Source of the DNA: Octopus sinensis
Taxonomy: Eukaryota
Assembly (NCBI RefSeq): GCF_006345805.1
Contig: NC_042999.1
Span: forward strand, 69,626,001-69,690,000
DNA length: 64,000 nucleotides
Reading direction: 5' to 3'
Of this stretch, positions 12,619-24,430 are shown piece after piece; position 1 is the stretch's first letter; each line of letters starts with the position of its first letter. The translations under genes and the position numbers were made by a program. Under the pieces are notes generated by a model, which was not told where the DNA came from, did not search any database, and worked only from the letters and a program-made list of their open reading frames with translations.

Positions 12619-14540
12619 AAACTAAGGTTTTGTTCATCTGTAATCCAAAAAAAGACACTAAATGAGGATCTTGGATGTGTCAAGGGAAAACAAAAGCATT
12701 AAACAAAAGTTTAATGCCCAAGTACAGACACTAAACTCAGTTTTTGGTTGTGCCAAAGCTACAAAAACTGTAAACTAAGATCATCGTTGTACAATGGCTA
12801 AGGTAACACACGAAGGTCTTGGTCCCACAGACGTAAAAAGCACTGCTAAACTGAAGTCAAAATATCCGTAGTTTAATGTCTGTTCTCATTTGGAACGCCC
12901 AACCCCACAGTTCCGTGTCGTTTTTAGCCGTGGTGCGAATAAGACGCTAGTTAATTACTTCTTGTCCTTGACGCGACAAAGAGTTTAAGTATCATTTTTT
13001 GCGGGGTGGAGGGAGGTATGCGGATATCTTGAAAATACCCCACGAAGTGACGGTCGTACCCTGCATAGTTATGGGATACACTTTGGCAAGGCATAGCACC
13101 CATTCAGCCACACTGCCTAGGATACGGTGAAGTCATCACACAGCAGCATGGTGGATAGCGAAGAGGTAGCAGAAGAGCTCAACGAGCCCATGGTACTTCT
13201 TACGTCGATGCTGAGCGGAGGAATTTTAGAAGATCAACGGTCAGGGTCACCAAGTCCTTTGAAGAGAGTAACTGCAACGCATCTATGGGGATGGGGGCGT
13301 CCATGGTTGTGTAATCAGCTAATGAAAGATTCCCTGTGACTTAAACTCCTAGTTCAAATTCATAAATATAGAATTGGGTGGCGACAGAAACTCATGGGAA
13401 TCCACAAAAGCAGAGAAAAAAACCTGAAGTTATGATCATCTCAATAGATAAAAAAAAAAGGTATCTATCTAAGGTCTTAAACATACAGAGGCTAGCAAAT
13501 GCACTAATCTAGGATCTTTATCAACTGAGGGGGAAAATTCTCTAAATTAAAAAGACACTAATTTAAGGTCTTTGTCAACCAAAATGAAAAATCCACGAAA
13601 CCAAGATCTTGTTTGTACTTAATCCAAAAATAGATTAAACTGAAATCTTGGACGGGAGAAAATTAAAGATAAATGCACATTGGCATTGGTCGTACGAAGT
13701 TTTAGCAAAGAAAAAGACTTTATACAAGTCTTTTAGTCGAACTAAAGCAAATCAAACGACTCAACAAAACTAAAATGTTGGTCTTATCAAGGCTAAGAAA
13801 AGACCGTACTAATGTCTTTGTCGTATCAAGCTGAGAAAAAGATAATGAAGAAAGTTCTTAGTCTTTGCAAGGCTAAAAAGTGTAACCTATGGTCTTGCAC
13901 GTACCAAGGCTAAAAACAATATTAAACTATATAATGTTGCGCGTTCTAAGTAAGAAAAATACATTAAACTAAGGTCTTGGTCATTTCAACGCCAACAGGG
14001 AAAATGGGCACAAAAGTAAGGTCTTGGTAAAAGTTACTAAACTAGATTCTAGTTGTCCGAAGGTTACAAAACAGCACTAAATTCAGATCTTGGTTGAGTC
14101 AATGGTAAATAAATAATGCTATTTTATGGTCATTGTGGAACCAAATCTAAAAAAGAATCTGAACTAAAGTTTTCATAACAAAGGCAGTAAACTAAGATTT
14201 GGGGCATACGAACGCCAACGGGCAAAAATGTCAGTAATCCAGGTCTTGGTTGTCTGAAGGCAACATCACAACAATATGTTCAGATATTTGTTCAATCCAA
14301 AGAGTAAAAAATAATTCTATTCTATGATCTTTGTAGAGGCAAGGCTATAAATCCATAAAGCTAAGGTCTTATCAAGGCTAAAAATGTGTAACCCATGGTC
14401 TTGCATGCACCACGGTTAAAAAAAAGTCAACTATAGTGTCAAACATGACACGAAAGTAAAGTCACATCAAGAGAGAAAAGGGACATTAAACAACAGTTTG
14501 AACATGAACAAGGAAAAAGTCACTAAACTAGGGTTCAAGA
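12619..14540 (+). repeat. Highly diverged ~40-bp tandem array, interrupted at about 12870-13430
   Basis: Roughly 30 units approximating TAAACTAAGGTCTTGGTCGTACCAAGGCTAAAAAGCAC; best-preserved units are at 13882-13996. Confidence 0.8.
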
Positions 14541-14745
14541 GCGCAATGCTGTTTCCTTGGTGACAAACACTTTTGTTTAAGTTTTAGTCGGCTTGTGACT
14601 ATAGTAGAAGACACTTGTGTGGGACTGAACCCAGAACCATGTGGTTGGGAAGCAAACTTCTTACCACACAATCATGTCTGTGTCCTAGAGTAATACATTA
14701 TTACTTGTTCAGATCTCCTTGGTTATGTGCTAACGGTAACTCTGG

Positions 14746-15127
14746 TACATTATTTACATTATTTATATTTGACGGATATTTGTCCTCATCTTGTTTGTTG
14801 TTTACTCAACATTTCGGTTGATATACCCTCCAGCCTTCTTCATGTGTCTTGGGGAAATTTCGAATCTGGGTTCTCATTCCTAAGGTATTTTTCGATGTTA
14901 TTATTATTATTATTATTATTGTTGTTGTTGTTGTTGTTGTTATCATTATTATTCTCTACATCTACCTTATGAATGAGAACCCAGGTTCGAAATTTCCCCA
15001 AGACACCTGATGAAAGCTGGAGGGTATATCAGCCGAAACGCTGTGTTAACAATAAACAAGATGAGGACAAATATCCGTCAAATGTAAATAATGTACATAA
15101 TTCCTCATCTTTTAAATATAGAATTGT
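14746..15127. mobile_element. Head-to-head inverted PLE pseudo-LTR pair with 11-bp TSD
   Basis: Arms about 14746-14887 and 14963-15095 are inverted around a (TTA/TTG)n spacer. GGTAACTCTGG is duplicated at 14735-14745 and 15128-15138. An HHR motif is present in each arm. Confidence 0.8.
15001..15047 (+). ncRNA. Degenerate minimal hammerhead ribozyme
   Basis: AGACAC-CTGATGA-AAGCTG..CAGCC-GAAA-CG-CT-GTGTT. The core is intact, but there is an A.C mismatch closing stem II and a C at position 16.1. The antisense copy at 14803-14849 is more decayed. Confidence 0.7.
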
Positions 15128-15293
15128 GGTAACTCTGGCGTTCTAATCTTTCTTGATCATATGCATCCTGTTTGTTATGTGTTGGAGGGCTGATAGCAAA
15201 TTCTTGTGCATGTTTTTGTTTTCAGCAGCTGACTCCTTAGATGTATTGAACTTTTGCGCGCGCGCATGTGCGTGTGTATGTGAGTGTGTGAGC

Positions 15294-15351
<58 letters not shown>

Positions 15352-15602
15352 TATATATATATACATACATACATACATACATACACACATAATCTCTAAT
15401 CTTTTACTTGCTTCAGTCTCTAGACTGCGGCCATGCTGGGGCACCGCCTCGAGTTTTTAGTCGAACGAATTGACTCCAGTACTTTTTAAAGCCTTGTATA
15501 TGTCTTGTCAGTCTCTTTTGCCGAAATGCTAGGTTACGGGGACATATACACACTAACACCAGTTGTGAAGTGGTGATGAGAGACAAACACAGATACAAAG
15601 AC

Positions 15603-16185
15603 TATCTATCTATCCGCCCAGTCGAAGTCGACTCTCGGTTACTCGTTGGATCAGTGTCCTCCAGTCAGTTCTATCCTGGGCCGCTTCATTCAGATTGGCT
15701 ATGTCCATTCCGGTATCCCTCTTGATGGTGTCAAGCCAGCGGGTTCTTGGTCGGCCTCTTCCTCTCTTGCCACTGACCATTCCGAGCATGATGTCCTTCT
15801 CCAGGGATTTTCTCCGCATAATATGACCGAAATATGCCAATCTATGCTTGGTGATCCTAGCTTCTAGCGACATTTTCGGCCCGATCTGCTTAAGAACTTC
15901 TCCATTGGTGAGTCTCGCTGTCTATGGAATCCGTAAAAGTCTTCTCCAACACCAAAGCTCGAATGCATTAATTCTCTTCTGGTCAGCGTTCTTTAGTGTC
16001 CAGGTCTCGCATCCATATGTTGCTATTGGGAAGACAATTGCATTCACCAATCTGCATTTGGTAGCGAGTCTGATGTCTCTACTCTTCCAGACCCTGCTCA
16101 TGCTGACCATTGCCTCTCTGCCTAATACTATCCGCCGTCTTATTTCTGGAGTGCAGTCACCATCTCGATTTATTTTGGAGCCAAA
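15603..16185 (-). mobile_element. RTE (BovB-like) LINE 3' fragment
   Basis: GSKINRDGDCTPEIRRRI...YGCETWT...WCWRRLLRIP*TARLTNGEVL...YFGHIMRR...GRGRPRTRWLD, with a single TAG at 15922-15924; (ATAG)n tail; CAAAGAC at 15596-15602 and 16182-16188; nested in a SINE. Confidence 0.9.
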
Positions 16186-16212
16186 GACATATACATGTAA
16201 ATACACACACAT

Positions 16213-16258
<46 letters not shown>

Positions 16259-16966
16259 ACACACACACATAAACACTTATATATACATGTATATGAGTCT
16301 GCTGTGATGATTCTAAAATACAACATTTATAACCTAACTGTATGTCTTTTTTTCTACCCCTCTGAAGAGATTTGGCCTTATATAATGATTTTAATAATTG
16401 CTATTTAATCTATTAGGCTTAATTGAAACAGCTGTAAGGGAATATGTTTGATTTTTGCAGATAATAAATTTTTATTAAATGTTATATCTCCATTTTCTTA
16501 CTTTCTTTTGAATAATTATAAACCATGAATTATATATTGTTTTATGAATATTATTGTTCACAACAGATATTAGGCATTGAACCAGTAACTCATTGGATGA
16601 TATCATCTTTTAATGAGGCTAATTCAATGTCTAATTGAATAATGTGTGTGTGTGTGTGTGTGTGTGTGTATACACACACGCACATTCAGGAATTGAACCT
16701 CCTTACGATACTCCCCGAGAGTTCATGGTATGAAATTCGTTGTCATTGCTCCGATTTGGTCACCAATGTCATGTATTTAGTTTAAATGCAGTAAAAATAG
16801 GGTGGGGTCAGTGGTGCCCCAATTAGGTGACCCTTAAATATATTAGGACATTCCCTGGGATTAGGGGAGCTGCTGGTTCGAGTTTCGGTCTAGGAGGAGT
16901 TAACGAACATAAAAACGTAATGGACAGAGAAACCTTACTCAAATTTATATTAATATATATATATAT

Positions 16967-17253
16967 ATTAATCGAAGTGTACAACATTATATGTCCATTA
17001 CGGCGTATCTTACAGATCGGTTTCACCACTAGGGGTTCAACTGACTGTTTGGTAACAGTCTGATTATGTAACGCTGCGCTCTTCAGAGACAGCAGTTGTG
17101 GAATGCGCCATATCTCACTCTATAACTACCATCTCTGAAGACCACAGGGTTATGTAATCGGACTGTTACCGAGCATTCCGTTGAACCCCTGGTGCGAAAT
17201 CGATTGACAAGATCGGCCATAATGGGTATATAATACTGTACACTTCGATTAAT
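16967..17253. repeat. Imperfect long inverted repeat (hairpin/MITE-like)
   Basis: Arms of about 105 bp (16967-17072 and 17149-17253), about 80% identical; inner repeat TCTTCAGAGA/TCTCTGAAGA; ATTAAT at both ends. Confidence 0.85.
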
Positions 17254-17349
17254 CGATTACCCAGTCTACTGGCAAATGTATGAGTGCATATTTTTCAGAC
17301 TTATGGATTTTTAGACGACAATATATATATATATTATATATATATATAT

Positions 17350-17416
<67 letters not shown>

Positions 17417-17501
17417 ATAATATATATATATATTGATAAAACGGTAAGATAACAAAAGAAAGAAAGAGACCTCAATATTATGTAAATAGAGGAAATTTAT
17501 C

Positions 17502-17675
17502 TATACAATATGTTACATTACTCGGTAGTCAAGATAAAACTCTGAGTTTCAGATGCCGAAGTGGAAATCCACAACACCATCTCTTCGGTTATCTCTCCGA
17601 AGAGATGGTGTTGTGGATTTCCACTTCGGCATCTGAAACTCAGAGTTTTATCTTGACTACCGAGTAATGTAACAT

Positions 17676-17683
<8 letters not shown>
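17502..17683. mobile_element. Perfect 87-bp inverted duplication of an HHR-bearing pLTR-like fragment
   Basis: 17502-17588 is the exact reverse complement of 17597-17683, with an 8-bp spacer TTATCTCT; flanked by (TA)n. Confidence 0.85.
17533..17593 (-). ncRNA. Hammerhead-like motif with U4C core change
   Basis: Minus strand: GATAA-CCGAAGA-GATG..(GTGGA/TCCAC)..CATC-T-GAAA-C-TCAGA-G-TT-TTATC; stem I GATAA/TTATC, GTT triplet. Confidence 0.55.
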
Positions 17684-17716
<33 letters not shown>

Positions 17717-17720
17717 TATA

Positions 17721-18516
17721 TGTAGTGAACTTCATGCAGGCATAGCGTGGATTCAATCCTCGATTGCCAAATTTCACTTAACCGTTCAACAGCGCTTTTC
17801 TCACAGTAAAACAATAGTTTTACTGTTCTCACAGTAACACAATAGTTTTACTGTGAGTGACAGCAGTTACATTTGTCAGATACCATCGCTAAGCAGAATA
17901 ATGACTATGTAACTTGACCCTTCTAACTTCTTCTAGGTTACCTAAAGCTAGAATAGAGATAGCTGACCGCCAACGAAATCTATAGTTCTCAACAATATGT
18001 CTATCCTTCTGGCTGGTTTTAGATTGTTATAAATACTAGAATTTGGCAAGGCAAAATTAGTTAGTAAACGGACAACTAGAGTCATAGTTACAAGCAGGCA
18101 GCCACTAAAGACAAACGGCCAGAGGGAGAAAGAAGGCTACAACCAGCCAACTATGAGACACAACTTATCTCGACTCTATAACTTTCACTAACTCACTTTT
18201 TTCTCTCTGTAACATTACTATATCTCTCTCTGAGATCGTGTACACATTACTATATCTCTACTATATCTAGAAATATATATCTCTACTATATCTCTGTAAC
18301 ATTACTATATCTCTACAATGAGATCGTGTACACACACACCGACCGAAATTAACTCTGTTTACCTCGCATGCTTTTCCATTTACTAGTTTTACATACCAAC
18401 CCGTCATGGTTTTGGATATATACAACGTAACGGTAAATAAATATCTTTTTACAACTTCAGTCACTGTTCTTCTATCTTGCACACTAGCAACCAACACCTT
18501 AACAACAACCATTACA
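17721..18516 (+). mobile_element. LTR of an LTR retrotransposon (Gypsy-like), followed by PBS
   Basis: TGTAGT...ATTACA termini; TATAAAT near 18028; AATAAA near 18437; TGGTGACCCTCGAC at 18519 resembles a tRNA-Trp PBS (TGGTGACCCCGACG). No second LTR or pol was found. Confidence 0.65.
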
Positions 18517-19199
18517 ATTGGTGACCCTCGACTGCAACGAAGAGCTAACCGTTATGGTTAGTGACCCTCGACTTCAACTAAAAACATTTACCGATACAAA
18601 TTGGTGACGACTCCGACGTTCCATCGTATTGTTTACCAATTATTGTTTAACCGTTACAACTGGTGACTGTCTAAAAAGAATTGCTGCCTTCTGAAGCTAC
18701 ACACACATATATATATATATAAATATATATAAGAATGAGTGAATATTCAAAATAAATACCCGTAAAGATATTATTATCGGGGGAAAAATCTAAATAATTG
18801 ATAATAACAATAACAATTACATTAGTGGTAGCAAGCGATATTTGCTTTAAACAGCTGTACTATAAATTATTAATTATATATTAGAGAGTATAATATATAT
18901 ATACGGCAGGCTTCTTTTTCCATCTACCAAATCCACTCGCAAGAAGATACTGATCCAAAGTTCCACGCAGTGCGACTGAACCCGGAACCATATGATTGGG
19001 AAACAAGTGTCTCACAACAGCTTCGCCTGCGCCAACAAAGATTATTCTTGGGAAGCAGAATGTCTGTAAGAATATTTCAAAATTATGCTACACTCTTTTT
19101 CTATATCAGAGAATTTAAAGTTCTTTTGTCTTTAATTAACCTTGTTGTTGTTGCTGATGTCGTAGTAGTTGTTGTTAAGACTTTGGCAACTTCGTTTAT

Positions 19200-20884
19200 A
19201 AGCAAATAAGGTGTTTTTCGATATAAGAACATTTCCTTGACGGTTTTGTTGTCGCTATGCCTGGGTATATACACATGAATATTTGATCGCACCGGTTGAA
19301 TATCTTGCTTTCTCTAGCAAGCATATTCGTCTTAACGTTTGAGCTTATAGTGTAAATACAAATATTGAATTATGCCGTCCACCAGTTCCACGTAGTGATA
19401 TCGGTTCCTGAAACAGCCTGGCTATATCGGAGAAGTCATGATAACAAACTGTTAAGTCATCAATTCACATTGTGAAGCTCGTATACACAAGAACATATAT
19501 AGTCCCATATACGTACACTCACACAGCTACATACACAAACATATTCACTCTCATATACACACAAATAAATACACATGCTGACTTCTATATTTCGATACTC
19601 ACATACGCACGCAAAACTATACGTACACACACCTGGATGCACACAAACTCACACATAGACACTGACACATGTAAATTTCAACACACATATAGATACTCAT
19701 ACGCACGCACACACACACACACACAGATACACGTAAACAAACATCTACACAAGCATATATTTGTATAAACACACATACACACGCACTTACTTCGATACAT
19801 ACAAACATACATATATACATATATATTTATATCCGATACACAAACACACCCACAGACTATATCGATACACACACATACACACACTCCCTCTTTCTCAACT
19901 GATACAACAAACACATATATATTTAGGTTGATACAATACACATACACACACACTCTCTCTCTCTCCCTCTCTCTCAACTAGACACACACAAACTCACATA
20001 CACACACACTCACATATATGTATGTGTATATATAGTTTGATACGCGTACACAGTGACTAATGCACTTTTTGATACGCACACATTCAATTGAATACGCACA
20101 AACACACATATATAGATATATTTTGATATATGAATATACTCACACACAAACACACACGTAGCTTTCGATACACACACACACACACTGACGTTCGCACGCA
20201 TACATCATAGGCACACACGCACGCACGCACATCACAGAACACACACGCGCAGAAAGACAAAGAGCAAGCAGGCTATTCACCCGTTCAGCTGACTCTTACA
20301 TGACGCTATTAACTGTGTCGTGCCGGTTGCATCGCAGTGATGTTATACATCCGTACACTTATTACCCTTCTTCTTTGACACTACTAGAATTAATTTCGAC
20401 TCTCTAAAGTCATTTTTTTCGACCTCCAAATCATATGTTTTGTCCTAGGATTCCTATATTTGAACTGTGAGGAATCACCGAGAAGATGTCCCTTTTCAAC
20501 ATAGACCAGTCTTCATAGGTCATTGCTTTGACCAAAATTGTTATTGTCGAACAGTTTTTTTGTTTTTGTTTTTCGTGTTTTATGTCTGTTTTTATTTTTC
20601 GTCCTGTTTAGCGCCTCTCCAAACTGTCTACGTTCCATCTCTGAACGCCTTCTCTTTCGTTCAGAATTTCTCCAAGGGAAGTCTCTGCAGCTCTTATTAA
20701 CAATACTGACCAAAATTTAATATTAACCGTCTACACTCATGCAAATATACTTATATACATTCGTGTAACATACACGTATTCAAACAAACGCAAACAAGCG
20801 ACTTTTTTTTACTGGTAAGTAAAATATATTCTTATCGTTTTATATACGCATATATATTCGCCTTCTCACTTTATTTTTATTCCT

Positions 20885-20940
<56 letters not shown>

Positions 20941-22250
20941 AAGAAATAACGTGTATATGCATGTATGTATGTATATATATATATTTATATACACACACAC
21001 ACACATATATTGAATGCTACGTGTATTTATACATTTATGCATATAATATTTGTATGTGTGAGCGTGCATGCATAAATATTACCATGATTGCTATCCAAAT
21101 TAATAACCTTTAGATTAAAACTTAATTCTACAAATGAGAAATATACATATATTTGTCAATTCCTGATCCTGTCCCACCTTCACACACACGTACGCACACA
21201 TACAGACACACACACACCTGGCGAATGTTTATATTTACATGTTTCTGTATAGATTCACCGATATACAACGCAATATGTGTATATATACACACGTATGCAT
21301 TGTGCATGCAACAGTATGCAACAAACGAGTGAATGTGGACTGTTTCCCTATTGATTTAATATCGATTCTATTGGTCACGATCATTCTGATGGTTTTTGAT
21401 TACATATTCAGCTGTTATTAAAACGATGATGATTATGATGTTTGTGGGTCGAGGTGTCTATCGATGGATGCACCACATTTTGGTGCGGTGCCTGTCGTAG
21501 GTGGCAACGCAAAACAACAAAATTGATTCTCAACTGAGTTCGTTGTTAGCAATGACATTTGAACTTCGTCTCTTGTTTACGACTCTCCCCTTCTCATTTT
21601 CCTCCGCCTATTTCTTCTTCCCATCTCTGCCTCTCTCCCTCTCTCTCCGAGAGAAGTGGTGGCGACGGGGAAGTTATAAATGTGTACAAGTTATGTGTTC
21701 TTAGATGGTTCGATTATTTCAAACACTTGGAACCGACACGTCGCTTGTTCGACCAGCTGACAATGGTAGCCAAATCTCCCTCAAATCGCTGCCTTCTGTC
21801 CTAACAAAAGACACGTTAAATAATGTAACCCTTGATTCACTGTCACAAAAGATGACAGAGTGGTCTCTGCTGGAATACTTTGAATACTCTTTTGGTTGAC
21901 TCAAATGGACTTGGGTCTTAACAACAGCCTCTGTCTGTCCCTGTGTGTGTGTTTGTGTGTGGCACTGCCTTGTACTATACTGTGTGTATACATGTCAGAG
22001 ATAAGGGGGGAGAAACTACAAGGACTTTCCAGACTCCGACTGATGAAGAAATCGGCTGCAAATGATCCGTGTATCGTGTTTTTGTCCTGTTTACCGTTTG
22101 TCATACTATCGTCTATTTTCCTACATGTTGGGTTTTGTTGGTTTCCGTTTGTTGTGCTCTTTCTGTTCTACCTTTGATTATTCCATGCTACACTCCGTAC
22201 AACCTGTTGTTTACTTTATATATATATATGCCAACTCAGAAGAGTGCAGG
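19200..22250. promoter_or_regulatory. CpG-enriched non-repeat region, candidate promoter/5' exons
   Basis: About 20 CpG in 20221-20700 by eye, versus a few per kb in old repeats nearby; + strand donor TG|GTAAGT at 20815. Function is inferred only. Confidence 0.3.
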
Positions 22251-23367
22251 GTTACATAAGCAGGCTGTAATCTAACATCCATAAAACCCCCAGTGTGAAA
22301 CTGATTGCTAAGACTAGCCATAATAGATATATAATATTGTACACTTTGACCTGCTGGGCAAATTGCTTAGCGGTCATTCATCCATCCTTACATTCTGAGT
22401 TCAAATTCCATCAAGACTGACTTTGCCCTTCATCCTTTTGGGGTTGATAAAAGAAGTACCAGTTGAACACTAGGGTCAATGTAATTGATTTATCTGTTTC
22501 TGGGTAAGAATATAAAAACTACAACCCTCTGCCAAGCCATGTTAAGTCAGTGTGGTAGCGCAGGCTCATCAAACCGGTATGATCTCAAGCTCAAATTTAC
22601 AGCTTCCACATCAGACCATAGTTGGGTGGAGAGAACATGCTGAGGCCTTCGTTCTTCAGTGGACTGAACACAGGCAATTCAATCCAATCCTATCAAATAT
22701 ATATATCATCATCATTGTTTAGCGTCCGCTTTCCATGCTGGCATGGGTTGGACGGTGCAACTGGGGTCCAGGAAGCCAGAAGGCTGCACCAGGCCCAGTC
22801 TGATCTGGCAATGTTTCTACGGCTGGATGCCCTTCCTAACGCCGAATATATATAAGAAAATAAAATCAGGAAAAAATTATATCCTAAAAATTACAGTAGA
22901 GATATGCCCATAATATAAATAATACTGTATAAATAAATAAATATATATACATTATACTTTATATATCTATCAATACAATATTATTTATATTATGGACATA
23001 TCTCTACTGTGATTTTTATGATATAATTATGATATACTTTTACTCTCTAATATATACTTGCTCTTAAGGCAATAAGCTAGCAGAAACGTTAACATGCCAG
23101 GCAAAATGCTTAGCAGTATTTTGTCTATCTTTATGTTCTGAGTTTAAATTCTGCCGAGATTGACTTTGCCTTTCATCCTTCCAGGGTAGATCTAATCAAC
23201 TGGTCCCATCCCCACAAATTTTGGGCCTTGTGCCTTAAGTAGAAAAGAATAGTATGTAATCACTCTAATTGAATCTCTAAATACCTTTAAGGTTTTAGAC
23301 ATTTCTCATATCAAGAGCACTTATCTGAAATCCAGCACACTTTCTTCTCAAAGGACATGTTGGATTA

Positions 23368-23971
23368 ACTATATATATACCTATACACATAAATGTGTAA
23401 TGGCATCTGTCTGTGTGTGTGTTTGGAGTTACTCTAACTCCTCCCACACCGTCTAACTGATTTTAATGATTTTTGGCACATAGGTAGATCACATGCCCTG
23501 AAGTTCAAATAAGGCTGGAATTTTTCAAAAACTCAATAATGCTCAGTTGGCATCGATTTTTGTGAGCTCAATTGGGTGTTTGAATGGAAATTCCCATAAC
23601 GATGTTATTTTTTCCTGCAGCTTTTGCATTTTTTTGTCCAATTTTGATGAAAATCGATGAGTGAGCAAGGCTTATGGCAGTGAGTTGACAAAAAAATCAA
23701 TAATTGTGCCTGAGCAATGGTTTTATAAAATCAATAGGCTTTTTACATGCAAATACCCATAACTGTAACTTTTATATTATTCATGTGATTTTAATGAAAT
23801 TTGAGATTTTGGTAAATTTTGTGGTAAGGGAGGTGGTAAAGGTTTTAATTTAATTCCAGAGCTGGCATCAAGTAAAGGACATGAACTGTAATCACATGTA
23901 AAATTTCAGTGGTCAGAGATGGCCTTAATTTCAATACAGAAAACACAAGCAATGTTGGATTCAACAGCTAG
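23368..23971 (+). mobile_element. Non-autonomous Helitron, decayed
   Basis: Begins ctatatatatac...tgtctgtgtgtg and ends gcaatgttggattcaacagCTAG|T (CpG-decayed hairpin plus CTAG). Confidence 0.6.
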
Positions 23972-24278
23972 TGTATGTATATATATATCACATGATCATG
24001 TGACCGACCAGACCATCAGATGTTGTTACACATCGCTGGTCACAATGCGTTTGCATTGTTTTAGCCTTTGAATGACGCCACCCCGCTGGCTAAGTGAGCA
24101 TGGCCAACAGAAGAAAGAGTAGGAGAAAGAGTGGTGAAAGAGTACAGCAGGGATCACCACCCCCTGCCGGAGTCTCGTGGAGCTTTTAGGTGTTTTTGCT
24201 CAATAAACACTCACAACGCCTGGTCTGGGAATCGAAACCGCGAGTCTGCTGCCCTAACCACTTGGCCATTGCGCCTCC

Positions 24279-24310
<32 letters not shown>

Positions 24311-24314
<4 letters not shown>

Positions 24315-24430
24315 AATAAAATAAGATAAGGCCAAGGCAATTTGATATTCTTAGAACATTTATAAATTGATTTATAAATGTCAAAGGAATATCAAATAAC
24401 TTTGGCCTTGTTATCTTATTTTATTTAATA
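24311..24430. repeat. AT-rich imperfect palindrome (MITE-like)
   Basis: ATTAAATAAAATAAGATAA/TTATCTTATTTTATTTAAT, TTTGATATTC/GAATATCAAA and ACATTTATAAAT/ATTTATAAATGT are nested inverted segments. Confidence 0.75.

Noticed and set aside
12619-14540. CRISPR array
   Set aside because: The whole unit diverges, with no constant repeat plus unique spacer pattern. The context is eukaryotic and there are no cas genes.
16860-16900. Minus-strand GACC-GAAAC-TCGA hammerhead half
   Set aside because: No core motif or stem II partner, and no NUH triplet.
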